Of a stretch of 64,000 nucleotides of DNA, positions 30,794-41,512 are shown piece by piece. The DNA is from Candidatus Cloacimonadales bacterium. Its GTDB lineage: Bacteria; Cloacimonadota; Cloacimonadia; Cloacimonadales; JAFGVF01. A model generated the notes under the pieces. That model searched no databases, was not told where the DNA came from, and saw nothing but the letters and a program-made list of their open reading frames with translations. The stretch covers positions 1,408,001 to 1,472,000 of the forward strand of contig CAXXJV010000001.1 in the NCBI GenBank assembly GCA_963663475.2, in the 5' to 3' direction. Numbering within the stretch: position 1 is the stretch's first letter; the number at the start of each line of letters is the position of its first letter. The translations under genes were made by a program, and so were the position numbers.

Positions 30794-33109
30794 ATGCAAG
30801 ATGAAAAAAAGATTCCACGGACTTTACCTGTTTTGGTAAATCCTAACTTGGTATTATTTCCATTTATGATAATGCCACTAATTGTTGCTGATCCAGAGAA
30901 GATAGCAGTAGTTGATTATGCCTTAACCCATGATAAATCTCTTGGACTTTTTCTCCAAAAGGAGAATCAAGAAAGTGAGGATGTTGAAGTTTATGAATAT
31001 GGAACTGCAGCTTCAATAATAAAGATGGTTAGAAACAAAGATGGATCACTTTCAATTCTTTTACAGGGTAATTCTAGGATTAGGATAGAGAAAATTATCC
31101 AACATGAACCAATCCTTATGGTAGAAGTTGAGTCTCTTGGCGAAAGAAGTGATGATTCACCTAAAATACAAGCCTTAAGGAAGATAGCTTTAGAACTTTT
31201 AGAAACTGTGGCTAATGAGAGTAATCTTCCAGGTAAAGAATTCCTTCCCTCTATAAAACAGATTCCTCAAACAAGTAGGGTAGCTGATTTAATTGCTGAG
31301 AATACTGATATCAAAACACTAGAGAAACAGGATATTCTATCAACTTTAGATTTAGTTTTTAGATTAGAAAAGCTCAATAAGTATTTAGCAGATTTAATAA
31401 AACAGTTACAGCTAGAGAATAGAATTCGTTCTAATGTCGAGCTAGAAATGTCTGAAGATCAACGGAAATACTACTTGCGTGAACAGTTAATGGCTATTCG
31501 TAAAGAGTTGGGTGAGAGTGATGAGGTTGAACAGGAAATTGGTTCTTGGGAAGAGAAAATTAAAAAGGCTAAATTACCTGATTATGTCCTAGAAGCTGCA
31601 GAAGAAGAGCTTACAAAGATGAAGACTATGCAACCAGCTTCTAGTGAATATAGTGTGATAAGAAATTATCTAGACTGGATAGTAAACATTCCTTGGAGTA
31701 AGAAAACTAAGGATAATTTTAATTTAGATAAGATAGACAAGATTCTTACTAAAGACCATTATGGTTTAGATAAAGCCAAAGAAAGAATTATTGAATTTAT
31801 TGCTGTGAAGAAACTTAAACAGGAAATAAAAGGCCCAATCTTATGCTTTGTTGGTCCTCCTGGTGTAGGTAAAACATCAATAGGAAGATCTGTAGCTAGA
31901 GCACTTAATCGAAAGTTTATCAGAATGTCCTTAGGTGGTGTGCATGATGAAGCAGAGATTAGAGGTCATAGAAGAACTTATATAGGAGCAATGCCTGGAA
32001 AAATTATTACAGAACTCAAGAGAGTTGGATCATCTAACCCAATTTTTATGCTTGATGAAATAGATAAGTTGGGGAGAGACTTTAGAGGAGATCCAGCCTC
32101 AGCATTGTTAGAAGTTCTTGATCCAGAACAAAACTTCTCTTTTGTGGACCACTATATTAACTTGCCTTATGATTTAACTGATGTAATGTTTATTACAACA
32201 GCTAACTCACTTAGTACTATACCACAACCCCTGTTAGATAGAATGGAAATCATAGAGTTCTCTTCATATATAGAAGATGAAAAGATTGAGATAGCCAAGC
32301 GTTATCTGATTCCTAGAGAGATAGAAAATAACGGTATTAAGAAAGCTCACGTTACAATGACAAAAAGTGCTTTACAAGAAATTATTCGTTATTATGTCAA
32401 GGAAGCTGGAGTTCGATCTTTACAAAGAACTATAGGTACAGTTATGCGTAAAATAGCTAGAAAGGTAGCTGAAGGCCATGATTCTCCTGTGCGTGTTACC
32501 AATAGCAATATTAAAGATTTTCTTGGCTTTAGGAAGTTCTCAACTGAAATGAAGAATAGAAAAGCTGAAGTTGGCATAACTACAGGTTTAGCTTGGACAA
32601 GTTTTGGGGGAGAAATCTTATTTTGTGAGGCAATTAAGATGCCTGGTAAAGGTAATATTAAACTTACAGGTCAGCTAGGTAAGGTAATGCAAGAGTCTGC
32701 TCAGATTGCTCTAAGCTACCTCCAAGCAAATCACAAGAAGTATAATATCTCTCCAGATATCTTTAGTCAGAATTCAATTCATATTCATTTCCCTGCTGGT
32801 GCTATACCAAAAGATGGACCATCTGCAGGAGTAACTTTAACAACAACTTTAGCTTCACTACTTATGGACAAAAAAGTTAAGCATGATATTGCCATGACAG
32901 GTGAGATAACCCTATTGGGTAAAGTATTGCCAATTGGAGGCTTGAGGGAGAAAATACTAGCTGCCAAAAGAGCTGGGATTAATCATGTTATTGTGCCTTT
33001 TGATAACCAAGATAGTATTGAAGAATTACCTGATTATATAAAGACAGGTATTAGAATAGATTATGCTAAAAACGTAGATGATATTCTTAACCAAGTACTG
33101 GTGGATTAA
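30794..33109 (+). CDS. lon: ATP-dependent protease Lon
   Basis: GPPGVGKTS, DEAEIRGHRRTYIG, PKDGPSAG. Confidence 0.98.
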   Translation: MQDEKKIPRTLPVLVNPNLVLFPFMIMPLIVADPEKIAVVDYALTHDKSLGLFLQKENQESEDVEVYEYGTAASIIKMVRNKDGSLSILLQGNSRIRIEKIIQHEPILMVEVESLGERSDDSPKIQALRKIALELLETVANESNLPGKEFLPSIKQIPQTSRVADLIAENTDIKTLEKQDILSTLDLVFRLEKLNKYLADLIKQLQLENRIRSNVELEMSEDQRKYYLREQLMAIRKELGESDEVEQEIGSWEEKIKKAKLPDYVLEAAEEELTKMKTMQPASSEYSVIRNYLDWIVNIPWSKKTKDNFNLDKIDKILTKDHYGLDKAKERIIEFIAVKKLKQEIKGPILCFVGPPGVGKTSIGRSVARALNRKFIRMSLGGVHDEAEIRGHRRTYIGAMPGKIITELKRVGSSNPIFMLDEIDKLGRDFRGDPASALLEVLDPEQNFSFVDHYINLPYDLTDVMFITTANSLSTIPQPLLDRMEIIEFSSYIEDEKIEIAKRYLIPREIENNGIKKAHVTMTKSALQEIIRYYVKEAGVRSLQRTIGTVMRKIARKVAEGHDSPVRVTNSNIKDFLGFRKFSTEMKNRKAEVGITTGLAWTSFGGEILFCEAIKMPGKGNIKLTGQLGKVMQESAQIALSYLQANHKKYNISPDIFSQNSIHIHFPAGAIPKDGPSAGVTLTTTLASLLMDKKVKHDIAMTGEITLLGKVLPIGGLREKILAAKRAGINHVIVPFDNQDSIEELPDYIKTGIRIDYAKNVDDILNQVLVD

Positions 33110-33115
33110 ATTTTA

Positions 33116-33150
33116 AGTAAGCTTGCTTACCAGTCCTAGGCAAGCTTACT
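33116..33150 (+). terminator. Hairpin after lon
   Basis: AGTAAGCTTGCTTA...TAGGCAAGCTTACT. Confidence 0.5.
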
Positions 33151-33224
33151 AGCTTATTGAAGATTTAAACCCATATAATGCAGTAGATAATTTTGGTTGA
33201 AAATTCGTAAAATAAAAGGATATA

Positions 33225-34703
33225 ATGCAAAAAAAACTTAAAAACAAACTTAACATTCTCTTAGATATTGATGAGAACTTTTACAATAAAGCAGAGTATG
33301 TCTTTAGAAGCTATTGTACTATTTTGCAAATTATACCAGTTTTCTATTATGGTAGCACAAGAAAGAAGATTGATATTTATTATGGTAGTAAGGTAAATAC
33401 TTCTTATCCAGTTACTATCAAATATAAGGAAGGAACCAGCGATTTCTTCCAGGCTAATAAATATTATCCTCAATTTAAGGTGAGGTTTAATAACTATAAA
33501 AATGAAAAGATACCTTTTTTCTTTTCAAGTCCAGGAGCTATATTTTCAGTTGGACGAGAATCTTATAGTATTAATAAGGATATCATTGCTTCTGGATTTT
33601 ACTTCCTTTCTTGCTGGAAAGAGTATGTTAATAAAAAAAACACAGATCCTGATATTAGATTTAAGTATCAAAACTCAATGCAATATAAGTGGGATTTTGC
33701 TGAGATCCCAGTTGTTGATGCCTACTGTGATATTCTGGATAATATCCTTGATTTGAGTCTAGTAGATTATGAAAAAAGCTTCCGGTGGCGTCATGAGCAT
33801 GGCTTTTGTGTAACCCTTTCTCATGATATAGATTATTGGGATGTGTGGAGCAAAGACCAATATAAGGCTATTATGAAGTATAATCAGGGCCGTCTTTTAA
33901 AAGATCCTTTCAGATCATTATATAAAATAATTGGGCATACTTTAACTAAAAATTTCTATAATCCTGAGAAAGCAATTAAGAAAATTCTTAATAAAGAAAA
34001 GAGGTTAGGGGTAAGATCTACTAATTTTATTCTTGTACAAGATAATTCAGAAGACAGAAGAAGAAATTACTTTTCTGATGATAAATATAAATCAGGGGTA
34101 AAAAAGGTTTTTTCTCCTCAGAATGTAGGTTTGCACGGTTCGCCAGATTCAGCATATTTTATTAAAGAAACTAAAAAAGAGCTGGAGAGATTACAGAAAA
34201 TCTTTCCAGACCAATTGGGTTATCGTTCTCATAAGCTTTCTTTTCAATATCAAAGTTCTTATGATATATTAGAAAAGATGAATTTAAAGTATGATGCTTC
34301 CCTTGGGTATTGGGAACATATAGGTTTCAGAGCTGGAATATCATTTCCTTTCTATCCTTATGATATAGATAATGATAAACCTTTCAATATCTTAGAAATT
34401 CCTTTGATTGTAATGGATACAACCCTAATTTCTAAATTGGGTATGGGACATAATCCATTTGTAGCTTCATATAGATTAGGTAAGTTAATTCAAAGGGCTA
34501 AGAAATTCCAATCACATATCTCACTTCTCTGGCATAATAATACTTTTGACTCTATAGATTACCCTGCTTGGTCATGGCTCTATTGGTCAACTATTAGAAA
34601 AGCAAAAAGAATGAGTGCTATGGTATGTTCAACTGATGATTTATATGACTATTGGATAAGGCGAATGGCCAATAATCAAGAATCAGATAATAATGATAAT
34701 TAA
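33225..34703 (+). CDS. Polysaccharide deacetylase-like protein
   Basis: SHDID, GLHGS, RSH.L, YDASLG, GFRAG..FPF, EIPLIVMD, LLWHN. Confidence 0.8.
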   Translation: MQKKLKNKLNILLDIDENFYNKAEYVFRSYCTILQIIPVFYYGSTRKKIDIYYGSKVNTSYPVTIKYKEGTSDFFQANKYYPQFKVRFNNYKNEKIPFFFSSPGAIFSVGRESYSINKDIIASGFYFLSCWKEYVNKKNTDPDIRFKYQNSMQYKWDFAEIPVVDAYCDILDNILDLSLVDYEKSFRWRHEHGFCVTLSHDIDYWDVWSKDQYKAIMKYNQGRLLKDPFRSLYKIIGHTLTKNFYNPEKAIKKILNKEKRLGVRSTNFILVQDNSEDRRRNYFSDDKYKSGVKKVFSPQNVGLHGSPDSAYFIKETKKELERLQKIFPDQLGYRSHKLSFQYQSSYDILEKMNLKYDASLGYWEHIGFRAGISFPFYPYDIDNDKPFNILEIPLIVMDTTLISKLGMGHNPFVASYRLGKLIQRAKKFQSHISLLWHNNTFDSIDYPAWSWLYWSTIRKAKRMSAMVCSTDDLYDYWIRRMANNQESDNNDN

Positions 34704-34721
34704 TTATAATATAGAGGAGTA

Positions 34722-36992
34722 TTGATGAATTTAACAGACAACGCGAAAGTAGTGCTTGAAAAGAGGTACTATAAGAAAAATGACAAAGGAGAAATAGTAG
34801 AAAAATGGGAAAATCTTATTAGCCGAGTTGCTGATAATATTTCTCAGGGAGATAAAAAGAAATTTGACCGTTACTACAAACTTCTAGATTCTGGTAATTT
34901 CTTACCTAATTCTCCAACTCTTATGAATGCAGGCAATGATTTACAACAACTATCAGCCTGCTTTGTCCTTCCTCTTGAAGATTCTATGGAAGGTATTTTT
35001 ACCACAATTAAGAATGCTGCCATGATTCATAAAAGTGGAGGTGGAACAGGATTTTCTTTTAGTAAATTAAGAGAGACAAATGCAAGAGTCCGTTCTACTA
35101 ATGGTGTCTCTTCTGGTCCTATTAGCTTCTTGAAAGTATTTAACTCTGCCACAGATGCAGTAAAACAAGGTGGTACTAGAAGAGGGGCCAATATGGCTAT
35201 TCTAAGTGTTCAACACCCACAAATTATAGACTTCATTACCTGCAAAGAAGATACATCTGAACTCAATAACTTTAATATTTCTGTTGGTGTAACTGAAGAT
35301 TTTATGAAAGCAGTAAGAAATGATGATGATTTCCCTCTCATTTCCCCTCATGATCATGAAGTTAAAGAAACTTTAAAAGCTAGAGATATTTTTTCTTTAA
35401 TTGTTGATAAAGCCCATAAGAATGGAGAACCTGGTATTATTTTCTTAGATAGAATTAATAAGCATAATCCTACTCCACATATCGGGGAAATTGAATCAAC
35501 AAATCCATGCGGAGAACAACCTCTTCTTCCTAATGAAGCATGTAACTTAGGCTCAATCAATCTCGATAATTTCTACTCTCCTCAAGGCATTCAATGGGAT
35601 AGCCTTAAAGAAGTGATTTATGATTCAGTAGAATTCCTTGATGATGTGATTAATGTCTCTAATTTCCCACTTCCTGAAATTGATGAGATGGTTAAAGCAA
35701 ACCGTAAAATCGGCTTAGGTATTATGGGTTGGGCAGACTTACTCTTCCAAATGGGAATACCTTATAATAGCCAAGAAGCTGTTAGCTTAGCCAGAGATAT
35801 TATGGAGTTTATTGACTACCATAGTAAGGTTAAATCAATGGAACTAGCTAAAGAACATGGTTCTTTCCCTAATTTCACAGGTTCAATTTATGATAAAATG
35901 TCATTAATCAGACAAGATAATAAGTTCAAATGGGAGCAATTGAAAAGTCAAATAAAAGAAAATGGCCTCCGTAATGCTACTGCAACTACAATAGCTCCAA
36001 CAGGTACAATTTCTATGATTGCTGATACTTCTAGTGGCATAGAACCTCAATTCTCACTTGTCTATGTTAAATATGTTATGGACGGTGAAAAACTTATCTA
36101 TGTTAATAAACATCTCAAGGCTAGATTGCTTAAGGCTGGAATATACAGTGAAGACCTAATGGAGAAAATTTCAGAAGCAGGTGGACTAACCCATATAGAT
36201 GAAATTCCTCAGGATATCAAAGACATATTTGTAACTTCTCATGACATAGCTCCAGAATGGCATATTAGAATGCAGGCAGCCTTCCAAGAATATACTGATA
36301 ATGCTGTTTCTAAGACTATTAATTTCAAGAATGATGCTAGTCCAGAAGATATCAAAATGGCTTATGAACTTGCCTACGAAACAGGTTGTAAAGGTGTTAC
36401 TGTTTACCGTGATGGTTCACGCCAATTCCAAGTACTTAATGTAGGTAAAAAGATTAATGAAGAGAAAGAAAGTCAGCCTGCCAAACGTTCACCAAGAATT
36501 AGACCTGAGATTACTACTGGATTTACTCAAAAAATAGAAACTGGTTGTGGTCATATGTATGTTACTATCAATTCTGATGACCAAGGTGCTTGTGAAATGT
36601 TTATCCAAATGGGTAAGGTTGGTGGCTGTGCTTCAGCTCAGTTAGAAGCTCAAGCTCGCCTCATATCTATGGCCTTAAGAGCTGATATAGATATAGAATC
36701 TATCACAAGACAACTTAAAGGTATTAGATGTCCTTCGCCAATGTGGAACAAGGGTAAGTTAGTAACTTCTTGTTCTGATGCTGTTGCAACTGCTCTCCAA
36801 AAGTTTATGGAAATTAATGAATTAAACGATATAGCTAAGATCAATATTCAAACAGGTCCAGAAAAAGGCGGAGAAAGTATAGAAAAACCAAAATCAAATA
36901 CTGCTATTAAAACCTGCCCTGAGTGTGGCTCAACTGTCTATCATGAAGAAGGCTGTTTAAAATGCCATGCCTGTGGTTGGTCTAAGTGCTAG
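34722..36992 (+). CDS. nrdJ: Vitamin B12-dependent (class II) ribonucleotide reductase with TSCPD and Zn-ribbon C-terminus
   Basis: PNSPTLMNAG, SACFV, TNPCGEQPL, IAPTGTIS, CPECG...C..CGWSKC. Confidence 0.93.
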   Translation: MMNLTDNAKVVLEKRYYKKNDKGEIVEKWENLISRVADNISQGDKKKFDRYYKLLDSGNFLPNSPTLMNAGNDLQQLSACFVLPLEDSMEGIFTTIKNAAMIHKSGGGTGFSFSKLRETNARVRSTNGVSSGPISFLKVFNSATDAVKQGGTRRGANMAILSVQHPQIIDFITCKEDTSELNNFNISVGVTEDFMKAVRNDDDFPLISPHDHEVKETLKARDIFSLIVDKAHKNGEPGIIFLDRINKHNPTPHIGEIESTNPCGEQPLLPNEACNLGSINLDNFYSPQGIQWDSLKEVIYDSVEFLDDVINVSNFPLPEIDEMVKANRKIGLGIMGWADLLFQMGIPYNSQEAVSLARDIMEFIDYHSKVKSMELAKEHGSFPNFTGSIYDKMSLIRQDNKFKWEQLKSQIKENGLRNATATTIAPTGTISMIADTSSGIEPQFSLVYVKYVMDGEKLIYVNKHLKARLLKAGIYSEDLMEKISEAGGLTHIDEIPQDIKDIFVTSHDIAPEWHIRMQAAFQEYTDNAVSKTINFKNDASPEDIKMAYELAYETGCKGVTVYRDGSRQFQVLNVGKKINEEKESQPAKRSPRIRPEITTGFTQKIETGCGHMYVTINSDDQGACEMFIQMGKVGGCASAQLEAQARLISMALRADIDIESITRQLKGIRCPSPMWNKGKLVTSCSDAVATALQKFMEINELNDIAKINIQTGPEKGGESIEKPKSNTAIKTCPECGSTVYHEEGCLKCHACGWSKC

Positions 36993-36997
36993 TAGTT

Positions 36998-37195
36998 TAA
37001 AGCCAATAATGCTGGAGATCTTTGAGTATCCAGAATATTCTTTTGCAAAAGTAAGATTCTTAATTCTACCGTATATATATATATTATATGCGTCTGAATT
37101 CTGTAAGTTTTTTGCTAAAAGAATCTGCACTATTCACCTGTGATACCTAGCTTTAGCCAAGTATTACTAAAGTTCTACTCCATCATTAGAGTTTA
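36998..37195 (+). repeat. MITE copy with 30 bp insert
   Basis: MITE consensus; insert at 37136-37165. Confidence 0.75.
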
Positions 37196-37233
37196 AAAAT
37201 AAAGTAATGTAAGAAATTAATTAATTAAGCTAT

Positions 37234-37268
37234 AAAAGCTGAATCTTCTAGTAAGATTCAGCTTTTTT
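37234..37268. terminator. Intrinsic terminator
   Basis: AAAAGCTGAATCTT-CTAGT-AAGATTCAGCTTTTTT. Confidence 0.7.
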
Positions 37269-37422
37269 GCTTTTACCCAAAAGCTTTGTTTGAACAAAAT
37301 CCCAAATAATGCAGTAGATCTTTGAGTATAGCAGAATATTATTGTATTAGAAGATTTATATTGACAAGTATAAATTAAGTCATATTGTACGTAAAACATT
37401 TGAGAGAAAGAGGTTTAAGATT

Positions 37423-40400
37423 ATGGCTGAGAAGAAAAATTTACTATTTTTACTACTAACTTTTTTAATAACTATCTTAAATTGTCAGATTTATATCAAT
37501 GAAGTTGTAGCTTCTAATCAGACGATTATAGCAGACTATTATGGAGAGTATGGCGATTGGATAGAGCTCTATAATAATTATGACTATGATTTTGATTTAA
37601 GTAACTATTTTTTATCTGATGATCAAGATGAACTTGAACAATGGCAATTCCCAGAGATAACTATTCCTGCCCAAACTTTTATGCTAATCTGGGCTGACAA
37701 CAATGATGAGATTGACCCTCAAGGTTATCTTCATACAAATTTTAAAATAGGCAGTGATGAAAGTGTCTTCTTGTCTTCACCCGATACCCTTATTATCGAT
37801 ATGGTTACCTTGCCATCACCACCTTCAGATTATTCTTATGGTAGAGAAAGTGAAACATCTAATGAGTGGTTTTTCTTCCCTCAACCTACACCAAATCAGC
37901 CTAACTCAGGAGGATATGCTGGCTTTTTGGATAATCCCACACCCTCACATGAAGCTGGATTTTATGATTCTTCCTTTGCTCTAAGTTTCACTAATATTGA
38001 AGAAGGAGCAGTTTTATACTATACCCTTGATGGCTCAGAACCAGTAATTGGGGGAGAAAATACTTTTGTTTATAATCCTCAGGAAACCTTAATTATCGAA
38101 GATTTAAGCAATCAAGCTAATAATCTATCTGAGATTAGAACAACTGTGGAAAACGATGATAATCATTGGACTGATCAGTGGTTTCCTCCTGCAGGACTAG
38201 TGAAAAAAGCTAGGATTATTAGATGTCAAGTACTGAAAGCTAATCATTTACCTAGTGACCAACTATACCTAACTTACTTTGTAGGGCAAGACTTCTCAAC
38301 TGATTTTGCTGGAATTCCTTTAGTCTCTTTAATAACTAACCCTAGTGGTTACTTTGATGACTATGAGGGTATTTATGTTCCTGGAAAAGATGAAAATGGA
38401 GACCCAATAACTGAGTCCTTACAAGCACATTATCAAGAAAACTGGGAAAGACATACCTTCTTGCAGATGTGGGAAACTGATAGAAATCAGGGCTTTACTA
38501 CTCAATGTCTATCAGAAATACACGGTTCTGCCTCAGCAAGACTGATGAGGAAAGGTTTGAGAATGGGCTTTAAAGGTTCTTTAGGTTATGAGGATTTAAC
38601 CTATGACCTTTTTCAAGATAACATTACTGAAACATATAACTCTATTATTCTAAGAGCTTCCGGTCAAGATGCTCAACATACACTCTTTAGAGATGGTTTA
38701 GGACAGGTAATTTTTGAAAAGCAAGGCCTTGGAACTTCACCCTTTAAACCAGTAATCTTGTTCATTAATGGAGAATATTGGGGTATTCATAACTGGCGTG
38801 AAAGATCTGACGAAGAATATGCTGAGAGATTATATGGCGTTGATGTAGATGAAATGGATTTTCTGGAAAATAGTGGCTCTGCTAACCCAGAAGAAAGAGT
38901 TGGTAGCAGAACTAGGTATTCTTCAATATTGAACTATGTTAAAAATAATGATCTAGATATCAGCCAGAATTATCAAGAAATCACAGAAATGATTGATATC
39001 GAGAATTATATCAATTATTATATAGCTGAGATTTTTGTAGCTAATTCAGATTGGCCAGCCTATAATGTAAGAATGTGGAGACATAAAACAGAAATCAACA
39101 ACCCTAATATCTTTTTTAATCCTGATGCTAATAATCCTTATGAAGATGGCAGGTTTCGCTGGATGATATACGACCTTGATCAAGCTTTAGGACGTTTCCA
39201 TAATTATAATAGTAATACCCTACAAACTGCTGCAAGTGTAGGTTCTTGGAATGATAACTTTTTCTTACTTTTCCGAAAGCTTATTGGTGCTAGTGATGCT
39301 AATGGCTTAACTGTTACTGATAATAATGGACTCTATTCTAACGGAAGTCAAGACTTTAGAGATAGATTTGTTAGGACATTTTGTGATGCCCTAAATACCT
39401 ATCTCTTACCGCAAAGAACTAATGACCTCCTCCTAACTACTAGAGACCTCTACTCTCCCTATATGGAAGAACATGTGGCTAGATGGGGTCTGCCTGAAGA
39501 TGTAAGCGACTGGAATAGCTATGTCAATGGCTTAATGGATTTTCTTAATAACAGACCAAATGTTATCAGAAATCAGTTAGCTAATAAGTTTCAGTTAACT
39601 AATGGCTCAAGTAATCTAACAGTTAATATAAATAATGATCAAATGGGCTATGTTATCTTGAATTCTATTAAAATTGGGGCGGATGTGGATTATGAATCTG
39701 CTCCATTTACAGGACAGTACTTCAATGGCTTAACCTTACACTTACAAGCTATAGCAAAGCCTGGTTATAGATTCGTTAGCTGGGCAGAAAATCGAAATAC
39801 AAGTGATTCTCTGGAGATAACTTTTACCGAAGATACCAGCCTAACTGCTATTTTTGAGCTTGATGATGGAGTCTTTCAAGGCGATTTAATGAATCCTCAA
39901 GCATGGGATTTAAACAATGGTCCTTATCAATTATTGGATTTTTCTCCTGAAACACCTGCAGGACAATATCCCAATAATATGAGATTCTTAATAACTTCAT
40001 TAGTAGATCCTAATATAGATGCTGAATTGACTAGCTATTATTCCTCACCCTATAATATGGACTCTAAATCAAGAATTAATGGACTTGACGGAGACGGTAT
40101 CTCATTTATTAACACAAGCACTCCAGCAATAAATGGCTTAGAAACAAGTGGCTATATGGGAGCATGTATTTTGGCTTTAAATACTAGTGGACTGTCTGAT
40201 ATAAAACTAAACTATACTGTTGAAACTATGGAAGCTAATAGTCGCCTATATGGACTTTCATTATTATATAGAACCAGTATTAATGGTAACTGGTTACCTG
40301 TCCTTGCTAATAATGAACCTATCACTTATCAAGCAGGAGAAGATGGACATGTTAAGAGCTACTTCAGCCTGCAACTTCCTCCAGATTTAGCTGATAAACC

Positions 40401-41181
40401 TTATTTTCAATTATGCTGGCGCTATCATTATCTCTCAGGTGATAGTGGTTCCAGAACAATGTTAAGATTGGATGACATTCTGGTATATAATAATGCTTTA
40501 GACGATATCAGTAATATTAGGATAAACGAAGTAATGTCTGATAATGAAAACTTTGAACATGATTTGGCTATTGATGATTTGGGTGACAGGTCTGATTGGA
40601 TTGAGCTTTATAATGCTAGTAGCCAAGATATTAACCTCTTAGGATCTTACCTCAGTGATGATGAAGAAAAATATGGCCAATGGTTACTTCCTAATCTAAC
40701 CCTAAGTCCTGACCAATATCTTCTTGTCAGAGCCTCTAAAAGTAATAGACAGAATCCTAATCAAATCTTGCATACTAACTTTAGTCTCAAAGCTTCAGGA
40801 GAAGCTCTATATCTTACTGATTACCAAGGAAATCTTATTGATTCTATGCCAGAAATTGAGATACCTCAAGATTACTCTTATGGTAGATTACTAGATAATC
40901 CTGCTGAATGGTCTTTCTTTATAATCCCAAGTCCTGCTAGCCCTAATCAAATAATAGCTATTTCAGCCCCAAGTAATGTGGCAATAACTTATCAGAATGC
41001 TAGCTTAACCCTGGTCTGGGATAGTCTTCCTAATGCTACTAGTTATAAAGTTTATAGTGCAGATGAACCTCATGCTGAAGATTGGTACTTGGAAAGTGAA
41101 AATATACTTACCCCTTCTTATAGTATAAATAATCTAGAAGTAACTAGTAAAAAGTTTTACAAGATTATAGCTCTTTATTAA
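37423..41181 (+). CDS. Secreted CotH kinase family protein with two lamin-tail domains
   Basis: INEV..N...DWIELYN twice, YYTLDGSEP, INGEYWGI, DWP..N, RWMIYDLD. Confidence 0.85.
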   Translation: MAEKKNLLFLLLTFLITILNCQIYINEVVASNQTIIADYYGEYGDWIELYNNYDYDFDLSNYFLSDDQDELEQWQFPEITIPAQTFMLIWADNNDEIDPQGYLHTNFKIGSDESVFLSSPDTLIIDMVTLPSPPSDYSYGRESETSNEWFFFPQPTPNQPNSGGYAGFLDNPTPSHEAGFYDSSFALSFTNIEEGAVLYYTLDGSEPVIGGENTFVYNPQETLIIEDLSNQANNLSEIRTTVENDDNHWTDQWFPPAGLVKKARIIRCQVLKANHLPSDQLYLTYFVGQDFSTDFAGIPLVSLITNPSGYFDDYEGIYVPGKDENGDPITESLQAHYQENWERHTFLQMWETDRNQGFTTQCLSEIHGSASARLMRKGLRMGFKGSLGYEDLTYDLFQDNITETYNSIILRASGQDAQHTLFRDGLGQVIFEKQGLGTSPFKPVILFINGEYWGIHNWRERSDEEYAERLYGVDVDEMDFLENSGSANPEERVGSRTRYSSILNYVKNNDLDISQNYQEITEMIDIENYINYYIAEIFVANSDWPAYNVRMWRHKTEINNPNIFFNPDANNPYEDGRFRWMIYDLDQALGRFHNYNSNTLQTAASVGSWNDNFFLLFRKLIGASDANGLTVTDNNGLYSNGSQDFRDRFVRTFCDALNTYLLPQRTNDLLLTTRDLYSPYMEEHVARWGLPEDVSDWNSYVNGLMDFLNNRPNVIRNQLANKFQLTNGSSNLTVNINNDQMGYVILNSIKIGADVDYESAPFTGQYFNGLTLHLQAIAKPGYRFVSWAENRNTSDSLEITFTEDTSLTAIFELDDGVFQGDLMNPQAWDLNNGPYQLLDFSPETPAGQYPNNMRFLITSLVDPNIDAELTSYYSSPYNMDSKSRINGLDGDGISFINTSTPAINGLETSGYMGACILALNTSGLSDIKLNYTVETMEANSRLYGLSLLYRTSINGNWLPVLANNEPITYQAGEDGHVKSYFSLQLPPDLADKPYFQLCWRYHYLSGDSGSRTMLRLDDILVYNNALDDISNIRINEVMSDNENFEHDLAIDDLGDRSDWIELYNASSQDINLLGSYLSDDEEKYGQWLLPNLTLSPDQYLLVRASKSNRQNPNQILHTNFSLKASGEALYLTDYQGNLIDSMPEIEIPQDYSYGRLLDNPAEWSFFIIPSPASPNQIIAISAPSNVAITYQNASLTLVWDSLPNATSYKVYSADEPHAEDWYLESENILTPSYSINNLEVTSKKFYKIIALY

Positions 41182-41374
41182 ACCAAGATAGTGTTGTAGA
41201 ACTTTAGTAATACTTCGCTAAAGCTATGTGTCACAGGTGAAGAGTGCAGATTATTCTAGCAAAATAGCTTACAGAATTTCGAGGCATATAATATATATTC
41301 GGAGAAATTATGGATCTTACTTTTGCAGAAGGGTATTCTGCTATTCACAAAGGTCTACTGCACTTTTTAGTTAA
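41179..41374 (-). repeat. MITE copy in reverse orientation, with 30 bp insert
   Basis: Reverse complement of the MITE consensus; insert at 41209-41238. Confidence 0.8.
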
Positions 41375-41512
41375 ATTATTCTTCTTAGATAATTTTACTA
41401 AATCCTATTCCTTATTCAGGATTTATAAAAAAAAAGCTTGCCTTCTAAAAGTAGTTTTTTAAAACTTACATGTTATAATAAACATAAATAATATTTAAAT
41501 AAAGGAGAAGCT

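Noticed and set aside
34722-36992. Intein or intron in nrdJ
   Set aside because: Length and motifs are continuous, with no splicing motifs seen
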